DNA from: Eledone cirrhosa
Lineage: Eukaryota
NCBI GenBank assembly: GCA_964016885.1
Contig: OZ024747.1
Span: 43,338,001-43,402,000, forward strand
Direction: 5' to 3'
Length of the DNA stretch: 64,000 nt
Shown one piece after another: positions 55,001 to 64,000 of this stretch. Position numbers and translations under genes: made by a program. A model generated the notes under the pieces. That model was not told the origin of the DNA. It did no database searches and was given only the letters and a program-made list of their open reading frames with translations. Positions within the stretch are counted from its first letter, which is position 1, and each line of letters begins with the position of its first letter.

Positions 55001-58000
55001 TTGTTATTTAGACTTAAGACAGTGTAGTGGTGTTGTTGTTGTTGTTGTTTAGACTTAACACTGTAGTATTGTTGTTGTTGTTATTTAGACTTAAGACAGT
55101 GTAGTGGTGTTGTTGTTGTTTAGACTTAACACTGTAGTATTGTTGTTGTTGTTGTTATTTAGACTTAAGACAGTGTAGTGGTGGTGTTGTTGTTGTTGTT
55201 TAGACTTAACACTGTAGTATTGTTGTTGTTGTTATTTAGACTTAAGACAGTGTAGTGGTGTTGTTGTTGTTGTTGTTTAGACTTAAGACAGTGTAGTGGT
55301 GTTGTTGTTGTTGTTGTTTAGACTTAACACTGTAGTATTGTTGTTGTTGTTGTTGTTTAGACTTAAGACAGTGTAGTGGTGTTGTTGTTGTTTTTGTTTA
55401 GACTTAACACTGTAGTATTGTTGTTGTTGTTATTTAGACTTAAGACAGTGTAGTGGTGTTGTTGTTGTTGTTGTTTAGACTTAACACTGTAGTATTGTTG
55501 TTGTTGTTGTTTAGACTTAAGACAGTGTAGTGGTGTTGTTGTTGTTGTTGTTTAGACTTAAGACAGTGTAGTGGTGTTGTTGTTGTTGTTGTTTAGACTT
55601 AACACTGTAGTATTGTTGTTGTTGTTATTTAGAATTAAGACAGTGTAGTGGTGTTGTTGTTTTTGTTGTTTAGACTTAACACTGTAGTGTTGTTGTTGTT
55701 GTTGTTTAGACTTAAGACACTGTAGTGGTGTTGTTGTTGTTGTTGTTTAGACTTAACACTGTAGTAGTGTTGTTGTTGTTATTTAGACTTAAGACAGTGT
55801 AGTGGTGGTATTGTTGTTGTTGTTTAGACTTAAGACAGTGTAGTGGTGGTGTTGTTGTTGTTGTTTAGACTTAACAGTGTAGTGGTGTTGTTGTTGTTAT
55901 TTAGACTTAACATAGTGTAGTGGTGGTGTTATTGTTGTTATTTAGACTTAAGACAGTGTAGTGGTGTTGTTGTTGTTGTTATTTAGACTTAAGACAGTGT
56001 AGTGGTGTTGTTGTTGTTGTTGTTTAGACTTAAGACAGTGTAGTGGTGTTGTTGTTGTTGTTGTTTAGACTTAACACTGTAGTATTGTTGTTGTTGTTGT
56101 TGTTTAGACTTAAGACAGTGTAGTGGTGTTGTTGTTGTTGTTTATACTTAACACTGTAGTATTGTTGTTGTTGTTATTTAGACTTAAGACAGTGTAGTGG
56201 TGTTGTTGTTGTTGTTGTTTAGACTTAAGACAGTGTAGTGGTGTTGTTGTTGTTGTTGTTTAGACTTAAGACAGTGTAGTGGTGTTGTTGTTGTTGTTGT
56301 TTAGACTTAAGACAGTGTAGTGGTGTTGTTGTTGTTGTTGTTTAGACTTAACACTGTAGTATTGTTGTTGTTGTTGTTGTTTAGACTTAAGACAGTGTAG
56401 TGGTGTTGTTGTTGTTGTTTATACTTAACACTGTAGTATTGTTGTTGTTGTTATTTAGACTTAAGACAGTGTAGTGGTGTTGTTGTTGTTGTTATTTAGA
56501 CTTAAGACAGTGTAGTGGTGTTGTTGTTGTTGTTGTTTAGACTTAAGACAGTGTAGTGGTGTTGTTGTTGTTGTTGTTTAGACTTAACACTGTAGTATTG
56601 TTGTTGTTGTTGTTGTTTAGACTTAAGACAGTGTAGTGGTGTTGTTGTTGTTGTTTATACTTAACACTGTAGTATTGTTGTTGTTGTTATTTAGACTTAA
56701 GACAGTGTAGTGGTGTTGTTGTTGTTGTTTATACTTAACACTGTAGTATTGTTGTTGTTGTTGTTTAGACTTAAGACAGTGTAGTGGTGTTGTTGTTGTT
56801 ATTTAGACTTAAGACAGTGTAGTGGTGGTGTTGTTGTTGTTGTTTAGACTTAACACTGTAGTATTGTTGTTGTTGTTATTTAGAGTTAAGACAGTGTAGT
56901 GGTGGTGTTGTTGTTGTTGTTTAGACTTAACACTGTAGTATTGTTGTTGTTGTTATTTAGACTTAAGACAGTGTAGTGGTGTTGTTGTTGTTGTTGTTTA
57001 GACTTAACACTGTAGTATTGTTGTTGTTGTTATTTAGACTTAAGACAGTGTAGTGGTGGTGTTGTTGTTGTTGTTTAGACTTAACACTGTAGTATTGTTG
57101 TTGTTGTTATTTAGAATTAAGACAGTGTAGTGGTGTTGTTGTTGTTGTTGTTTAGACTTAACACTGTAGTATTGTTGTTGTTGTTATTTAGACTTAAGAC
57201 AGTGTAGTGGTGGTGTTGTTGTTGTTGTTTAGACTTAACACTGTAGTATTGTTGTTGTTGTTATTTAGAATTAAGACAGTGTAGTGGTGTTGTTGTTGTT
57301 GTTGTTTAGACTTAACACTGTAGTATTGTTGTTGTTGTTATTTAGACTTAAGACAGTGTAGTGGTGGTGTTGTTGTTGTTGTTTAGACTTAACACTGTAG
57401 TATTGTTGTTGTTGTTATTTAGAGTTAAGACAGTGTAGTGGTGGTGTTGTTGTTGTTGTTTAGACTTAACACTGTAGTATTGTTGTTGTTGTTATTTAGA
57501 ATTAAGACAGTGTAGTGGTGTTGTTGTTGTTGTTGTTTAGACTTAACACTGTAGTATTGTTGTTGTTGTTATTTAGACTTAAGACAGTGTAGTGGTGTTG
57601 TTGTTGTTGTTGTTTAGACTTAACACTGTAGTATTGTTGTTGTTGTTATTTAGACTTAAGACAGTGTAGTGGTGGTGTTGTTGTTGTTGTTTAGACTTAA
57701 CACTGTAGTATTGTTGTTGTTGTTATTTAGACTTAAGACAGTGTAGTGGTGTTGTTGTTGTTGTTGTTTAGACTTAACACTGTAGTATTGTTGTTGTTGT
57801 TATTTAGACTTAAGACAGTGTAGTGGTGGTGTTGTTGTTGTTGTTTAGACTTAACACTGTAGTATTGTTGTTGTTGTTATTTAGAATTAAGACAGTGTAG
57901 TGGTGTTGTTGTTGTTGTTTAGACTTAACACTGTAGTATTGTTGTTGTTGTTATTTAGACTTAAGACAGTGTAGTGGTGTTGTTGTTGTTGTTGTTTAGA

Positions 58001-61000
58001 CTTAACACTGTAGTATTGTTGTTGTTGTTATTTAGACTTAAGACAGTGTAGTGGTGGTGTTGTTGTTGTTGTTTAGACTTAACACTGTAGTATTGTTGTT
58101 GTTGTTATTTAGACTTAAGACAGTGTAGTGATGTTGTTGTTGTTGTTGTTTAGACTTAACACTGTAGTATTGTTGTTGTTGTTATTTAGACTTAAGACAG
58201 TGTAGTGGTGGTGTTGTTGTTGTTGTTTAGACTTAACACTGTAGTATTGTTGTTGTTGTTATTTAGACTTAAGACAGTGTAGTGATGTTGTTGTTGTTGT
58301 TGTTTAGACTTAACACTGTAGTATTGTTGTTGTTGTTATTTAGACTTAAGACAGTGTAGTGGTGGTGTTGTTGTTGTTGTTTAGACTTAACACTGTAGTA
58401 TTGTTGTTGTTGTTATTTAGACTTAAGACAGTGTAGTGGTGTTGTTGTTGTTGTTGTTTAGAGTTAACACTGTAGTATTGTTGTTGTTGTTATTTAGAAT
58501 TAAGACAGTGTAGTGGTGGTGTTGTTGTTGTTGTTTAGACTTAACACTGTAGTATTGTTGTTGTTGTTATTTAGACTTAAGACAGTGTAGTGGTGGTGTT
58601 GTTGTTGTTGTTTAGACTTAACACTGTAGTATTGTTGTTGTTGTTATTTAGACTTAACAGTGTAGTGGTGTTGTTGTTTAGACTTAACACTGTAGTATTG
58701 TTGTTGTTGTTGTTGTTGTTTAGACTTAAGACAGTGTAGTGGTGTTGTTGTTGTTGTTGTTGTTTAGACTTAACACTAGTATTGTTGTTGTTGTTATATA
58801 GACTTAAGACAGTGTAGTGGTGTTGTTGTTGTTGTTGTTTAGACTTAACACTAGTATTGTTGTTGTTGTTGTTGTTTAGACTTAAGACAGTGTAGTGTTG
58901 TTGTTGTTGTTGTTGTTTAGACTTAACACTGTAGTATTGTTGTTGTTGTTATTTAGACTTAAGACAGTGTAGTGGTGTTGTTTAGACTTAACACTGTAGT
59001 ATTGTTGTTGTTGTTATTTAGACTTAAGACAGTGTAGTGGTGGTGTTGTTGTTGTTGTTTAGACTTAACACTGTAGTATTGTTGTTGTTGTTATTTAGAC
59101 TTAAGACAGTGTAGTGGTGTTGTTGTTGTTGTTGTTTAGACTTAACACTGTAGTATTGTTGTTGTTGTTGTTGTTTAGACTTAAGACAGTGTAGTGGTGA
59201 TGTTGTTGTTGTTGTTTAGACTTAACACTGTAGTATTGTTGTTGTTGTTATTTAGACTTAAGACAGTGTAGTGGTGATGTTGTTGTTGTTGTTTAGAGTT
59301 AACACTGTAGTATTGTTGTTGTTGTTGTTTAGACTTAAGACAGTGTAGTGGTGATGTTGTTGTTGTTGTTTAGAGTTAACACTGTAGTATTGTTGTTGTT
59401 GTTGTTTAGAATTAAGACAGTGTAGTGGTGGTGTTGTTGTTGTTGTTTAGACTTAACACTGTAGTATTGTTGTTGTTGTTATTTAGACTTAACAGTGTAG
59501 TGGTGTTGTTGTTGTTTAGACTTAACACTGTAGTATTGTTGTTGTTGTTATTTAGACTTAACAGTGTAGTGGTGTTGTTGTTGTTTAGACTTAACACTGT
59601 AGTATTGTTGTTGTTGTTATTTAGACTTAAGACAGTGTAGTGTTGTTGTTGTTGTTGTTGTTTAGACTTAACACTAGTATTGTTGTTGTTGTTATATAGA
59701 CTTAAGACAGTGTAGTGGTGTTGTTGTTGTTGTTGTTTAGACTTAACACTAGTATTGTTGTTGTTGTTGTTGTTGTTGTTTAGACTTAAGACAGTGTAGT
59801 GTTGTTGTTGTTGTTGTTGTTTAGACTTAACACTGTAGTATTGTTGTTGTTGTTATTTAGACTTAAGACAGTGTAGTGGTGTTGTTGTTGTTTAGACTTA
59901 ACACTCTAGTATTGTTGTTGTTGTTATTTAGACTTAAGACAGTGTAGTGGTGGTATTGTTGTTGTTGTTTAGACTTAACACTGTAGTATTGTTGTTGTTG
60001 TTGTTGTTTAGACTTAAGACAGTGTAGTGGTGTTGTTGTTGTTGTTGTTTAGACTTAACACTAGTATTGTTGTTGTTGTTATATAGACTTAAGACAGTGT
60101 AGTGGTGTTGTTGTTGTTGTTGTTTAGACTTAACACTAGTATTGTTGTTGTTGTTGTTGTTGTTGTTTAGACTTAAGACAGTGTAGTGGTGTTGTTGTTG
60201 TTGTTGTTTAGACTTAACACTGTAGTATTGTTGTTGTTGTTATTTAGAATTAAGACAGTGTAGTGGTGGTGTTGTTGTTGTTGTTTAGACTTAACACTGT
60301 AGTATTGTTGTTGTTGTTATTTAGACTTAAGACAGTGTAGTGGTGATGTTGTTGTTGTTGTTTAGACTTAACACTGTAGTATTGTTGTTGTTGTTGTTTA
60401 GACTTAAGACAGTGTAGTGGTGTTGTTGTTGTTGTTTAGACTTAACACTGTAGTATTGTTGTTGTTGTTATTTAGACTTAAGACAGTGTAGTGGTGATGT
60501 TGTTGTTGTTGTTTAGACTTAACACTGTAGTATTGTTGTTGTTGTTGTTTAGACTTAAGACAGTGTAGTGGTGTTGTTGTTGTTATTTAGACTTAACAGT
60601 GTAGTGGTGTTGTTGTTGTTTAGACTTAACACTGTAGTATTGTTGTTGTTGTTGTTATTTAGACTTAAGACAGTGTAGTGGTGTTGTTGTTGTTGTTGTT
60701 TAGACTTAACACTGTAGTATTGTTGTTGTTGTTATTTAGACTTAAGACAGTGTAGTGGTGTTGTTGTTGTTTAGACTTAACACTGTAGTATTGTTGTTGT
60801 TGTTGTTATTTAGACTTAAGACAGTGTAGTGGTGGTGTTGTTGTTGTTGTTTAGACTTAACACTGTAGTATTGTTGTTGTTGTTATTTAGACTTAAGACA
60901 GTGTAGTGGTGTTGTTGTTGTTGTTGTTTAGACTTAAGACAGTGTAGTGGTGTTGTTGTTGTTGTTGTTTAGACTTAACACTGTAGTATTGTTGTTGTTG

Positions 61001-62290
61001 TTGTTGTTTAGACTTAAGACAGTGTAGTGGTGTTGTTGTTGTTTTTGTTTAGACTTAACACTGTAGTATTGTTGTTGTTGTTATTTAGACTTAAGACAGT
61101 GTAGTGGTGTTGTTGTTGTTGTTGTTTAGACTTAACACTGTAGTATTGTTGTTGTTGTTGTTTAGACTTAAGACAGTGTAGTGGTGTTGTTGTTGTTGTT
61201 GTTTAGACTTAAGACAGTGTAGTGGTGTTGTTGTTGTTGTTGTTTAGACTTAACACTGTAGTATTGTTGTTGTTGTTATTTAGAATTAAGACAGTGTAGT
61301 GGTGTTGTTGTTTTTGTTGTTTAGACTTAACACTGTAGTGTTGTTGTTGTTGTTGTTTAGACTTAAGACACTGTAGTGGTGTTGTTGTTGTTGTTGTTTA
61401 GACTTAACACTGTAGTAGTGTTGTTGTTGTTATTTAGACTTAAGACAGTGTAGTGGTGGTATTGTTGTTGTTGTTTAGACTTAAGACAGTGTAGTGGTGG
61501 TGTTGTTGTTGTTGTTTAGACTTAACAGTGTAGTGGTGTTGTTGTTGTTATTTAGACTTAACATAGTGTAGTGGTGGTGTTATTGTTGTTATTTAGACTT
61601 AACACTGTAGTATTGTTGTTGTTGTTATTTAGACTTAAGACAGTGTAGTGGTGGTGTTGTTGTTGTTATTTAGACTTAACACTGTACTATTGTTGTTGTT
61701 GTTATTTAGACTTAAGACAGTGTAGTGGTGTTGTTGTTGTTGTTGTTTAGACTTAAGACAGTGTAGTGGTGGTGTTGTTGTTGTTATTTAGACTTAACAC
61801 TGTAGTATTGTTGTTGTTGTTGTTGTTTAGACTTAAGACAGTGTAGTGGTGGTGTTGTTGTTGTTGTTTAGACTTAACAGTGTAGTGGTGTTGTTGTTGT
61901 TATTTAGACTTAACATAGTGTAGTGGTGGTGTTATTGTTGTTATTTAGACTTAACACTGTAGTATTGTTGTTGTTGTTATTTAGACTTAAGACAGTGTAG
62001 TGGTGGTGTTGTTGTTGTTATTTAGACTTAAGACAGTGTAGTGGCGGTGTTGTTGTTGTTTAGACTTAACACTGTAGTATTGTTGTTGTTGTTGTTTAGA
62101 CTTAAGACAGTATAGTGGTGGTGTTGTTGTTGTTTAGACTTAACAGTGTAGTATTGTTGTTGTTGTTGTTTAGACTTAAGACAGTGTAGTGGTGTTGTTG
62201 TTGTTGTTTAGACTTAACACTGTAGTATTTGTGTTGTTGTTGTTTAGACTTAAGACAGTATAGTGGTGGTGTTGTTGTTGTTGTTTAGAC
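49073..62290. repeat. Satellite array 2: monomer A TAGACTTAAGACAGTGTAGTGGT(GTT)n (about 41 bp) and monomer B TAGACTTAACACTGTAGTATT(GTT)n(ATT) (about 36 bp), mostly as a 77-bp AB dimer; roughly 340 monomers
   Basis: Read directly. The + strand is strongly G+T-rich, the (GTT) count varies between monomers, and the array ends at TTGTTTAGAC|CTGG. Confidence 0.99.
50285..61590. repeat. Near-identical 5.65-kb tandem duplication inside satellite 2
   Basis: Markers CACTCTAG (54251/59902) and CATAGTG (55911/61562) and ORFs 53761/59412 have offset 5651. TAGAGTTAAG (51227/56881) has offset 5654. Confidence 0.93.
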
Positions 62291-62390
62291 CTGGTTTAAT
62301 CCTGACCCAGCTGAAATATAGCCATGGTATTCTAGTCATGTATGTTACTATCTGTGGGCCCTTGGGTCTAATAAAATAATGTATTATTAT

Positions 62391-62548
62391 GAGTTCAAAT
62401 CCCGCTGAGGTTAGCTTTGCCATTCATCCTTACGGGATCGATAAAATAAAACACCAGTAATGCACTGGGGTCAATTTAATCGACTTTCTCCTCCTCCTCT
62501 CCCCAAAATTGCTAGCCTTGTGCCTAAATCAGAAACAATTATTATTAT
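62391..62548 (+). mobile_element. 5'-truncated tRNA-derived SINE, family A, longer internal variant
   Basis: Starts at the B-box GAGTTCAAATCC and has the same central domain and 3' end as the other two copies. It carries an extra segment GGGGTCAATTTAATCGACT...CCCCAAA and an (ATT)n tail. Confidence 0.87.
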
Positions 62549-62600
62549 CATTATTGTTGTTGTATTGGGTTTATTATTATGATTATTAATTATTATTAAT

Positions 62601-62797
62601 GAGGGCGGTGAATGGCAGTATCGGTAGAGGGTCGGACGCCATGCTCTGCAAGCAAAGAGTTACGGCCCTTGCCATGCTGAGCTCAAATCCCACCGAGGTT
62701 AACTTTGCTTTCATCCTTACGGGGGTCGATAAAATAAAGTACCAGTAATGCACTGGGATAATTGCTGGCCTTGTGCCAAAAGTAGAAACAATTATTA
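62601..62797 (+). mobile_element. Near full-length tRNA-derived SINE, family A
   Basis: A-box-like TGGCAGTATCGG near 62613, B-box-like GAGCTCAAATCC, central domain CTTTCATCCTTACGGGGGTCGATAAAATAAAGTACCAGT, and an AT-rich tail. From memory the central domain resembles the Meta/MESC-type domain; this is unverified. Confidence 0.88.
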
Positions 62798-62857
62798 TGA
62801 TTATTAATTATTATGATTATTAATTATTATGATTATTAATTATGATTATTAATTAAT
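62790..62857. repeat. 16-bp AT-rich tandem repeat, about 4 copies, forming the SINE tail
   Basis: AATTATTATGATTATT repeats, and the same motif lies upstream of the SINE at about 62573-62597. Confidence 0.85.
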
Positions 62858-62999
62858 GGAGGCACATGGCTTAGTGGTTAGAGCATTGGCCTTGCAATTG
62901 AAAGGTTGTGAGTTCAATTCTCAGACCGGGTGATGTGTTGTTTCCTTGAGCAAGGCACTTATTTCACATTGCTCCAGTTTACTCAGTTGTAGAAATGAG
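62858..62999 (+). mobile_element. tRNA-derived CORE-type SINE head, family B
   Basis: A box TGGCTTAGTGG at 62867-62877 and B box GAGTTCAATTC at 62910-62920. These are followed by TGTTTCCTTGAGCAAGGCACTTA, which resembles the CORE domain TGTGACCTTGGGCAAGTCACTTA. CORE-SINEs are known from cephalopods. Confidence 0.85.
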
Positions 63000-63027
63000 A
63001 TGATAGGGACTGGGGTCCATATCTTTC

Positions 63028-63242
63028 CACTGCAAAGTGGTCGTGAAGGTGCCATGGAAAAAAAGCACCCAGCCCACACTACAAAGTGGTCGCGGAGGTG
63101 CCAAGGAAAAAAAGCACCCAGCACTCACTGTAAATGAGGTTGGTGTTAGGAAGGGCATCCAGCTGTAGAAATCAAGCCAGTATCAGTTCCCGTCCCACCC
63201 TTGCAAGCAGGGAAAAGTGGATGTAAAATGATGATGATGATG
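63028..63242 (+). mobile_element. 3' part of an interspersed retroposon-like repeat with an (ATG)n tail and an internal 49-bp duplication
   Basis: Reads GGTGCC...AAAAAGCACCCAG...GGTTGGTGTTAGGAAGGGCATCCAGCTGTAGAA...GGAAAAGTGGATGTAAA(ATG)5. Recognised from memory as a common octopus repeat; the trinucleotide tail is seen directly. Whether it is continuous with the family B head is unclear. Confidence 0.7.
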
Positions 63243-63619
63243 TTGACATTTCTAGAGAAATAGTTATCACAACACCACCTAGAGAAATCCATAAATAAAA
63301 GTGTTTTTAGATTGTTGATAAATTAATGGCATTTTCTTTACTAATTTCGGTCTATATACGATATTGAGATTAATAAAACAGACAGAATCTAAGTGAGTGC
63401 TGGCAGAAATTATACACGGTGATGGAATGGCAGTGAAACACATTTTCTTTTACTGATAGATGAGAAAACTATTGATAAGTTCGAAGTATCAATAATTGTT
63501 CTACTGTCTTATTTGATGGATAGAAGGCTAATATCTATTTCATGTCCAGGTTTTCTTTTTGTTTGTTTGTTACCTACTTGCTTTCTTGCTTGGTTTGTTG
63601 TATTTATTTTGTATTTTAA

Positions 63620-63744
63620 GCATATATGTATCTGCGTATGTGTAGATATGTATGTGTGTATGTACATGAGTGTGAATGTATGTCTGTATGTGTGAGAATA
63701 TATGTATGTATGTGTGTGTGTGTTTGAATATGTGTGAATGTATG

Positions 63745-63775
<31 letters not shown>

Positions 63776-63941
63776 ATATGTACTCATGTATGTACATGTG
63801 TGTGTGTATGTGCATATGTCTCTGTGTATGTGTATGTATATATGTGTATTTGTCTGTGTGCAAGTGAGTATGTATGTGCATATGAGTTTGTGTGTGTATG
63901 TAAGTGTATGACTGTGTGTCTATCTATGTGTATGTGTGTGT
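63620..63941. repeat. Compound TG/TA/ATGT microsatellite
   Basis: About 320 bp of near-continuous alternating purine-pyrimidine sequence. Confidence 0.95.
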
Positions 63942-63947
63942 TTACAG

Positions 63948-64000
63948 ATAATGGAAACCATAATAAACAGAAGTGACAATGGAAGATCTCGAGTTAATAA
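63948..64000 (+). CDS. Possible exon start, truncated by the window end; product unknown
   Basis: An acceptor-like TTTACAG (63941-63947) is followed by purine-rich sequence open in one frame only (IMETIINRSDNGRSRVN). The ATG at 63951 has A at -3 and G at +4. Only 53 nt are visible and no homology is recognised. Confidence 0.25.
   Translation, partial: MMETIINRSDNGRSRVN

Noticed and set aside
53761-59640. Poly-Asn and poly-Leu ORFs at 53761-53989 and 59412-59640
   Set aside because: These are chance in-frame runs of (AAC)/(GTT) monomers, useful only as duplication markers.
49073-62290. RAG/Transib RSS-like heptamers (CACTGTA, GACAGTG) and TTAA piggyBac sites in each monomer
   Set aside because: The heptamers match 6/7 at best, there is no proper nonamer at 12 or 23 spacing, and no transposon ends are present.
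49073-62290. Telomeric repeat or G-quadruplex array
   Set aside because: There is no TTAGGG or TTAGG and no GGG run, and ordinary sequence lies on both sides.
62858-62930. Functional tRNA gene
   Set aside because: A and B boxes are present, but the anticodon and acceptor stems do not pair and a CORE-like domain follows, so this is a SINE head.
62921-63137. 63-67 aa ORFs on both strands
   Set aside because: They lie within repeat-derived sequence and the 49-bp duplication, with no recognisable protein features.
63470-63494. Inverted repeat TATTGATA...TTCGAA...TATCAATA
   Set aside because: An isolated 8-bp AT-rich stem, expected by chance in this base composition.
63509-63976. ORFs across the terminal microsatellite
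   Set aside because: They are low-complexity translations of TG/TA repeats.

Overview
Eukaryotic, AT-rich, almost entirely non-coding DNA. The interspersed repeats resemble cephalopod (Octopus-type) SINEs; this comes from recollection of those families, not from a search. The layout is: (1) 1-47543, about 930 copies of a 51-bp satellite, cut by the window's left edge and organised into nested higher-order duplications of 6 to 102 monomers. (2) 47544-49072, a 1.5-kb spacer with a 22-bp minisatellite and a truncated SINE. (3) 49073-62290, a second satellite of two alternating monomers (about 41 and 36 bp) with variable (GTT)n, containing a near-identical 5.65-kb tandem duplication. (4) 62291-63243, a cluster of tRNA-derived SINEs and related repeats. 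(5) A TG/TA microsatellite followed by a possible + strand exon at the right edge. All long ORFs are artefacts of repeat periodicity. The two most notable observations are unproven: the minus strand of the 51-mer reads as a miniature intron (GTGAGT or GTAAGA, TACTAAC, CAG) with a full bipartite Quaking-type element, and both satellites abut a motif that matches the 3' end of a local interspersed repeat, which suggests they arose from such elements.
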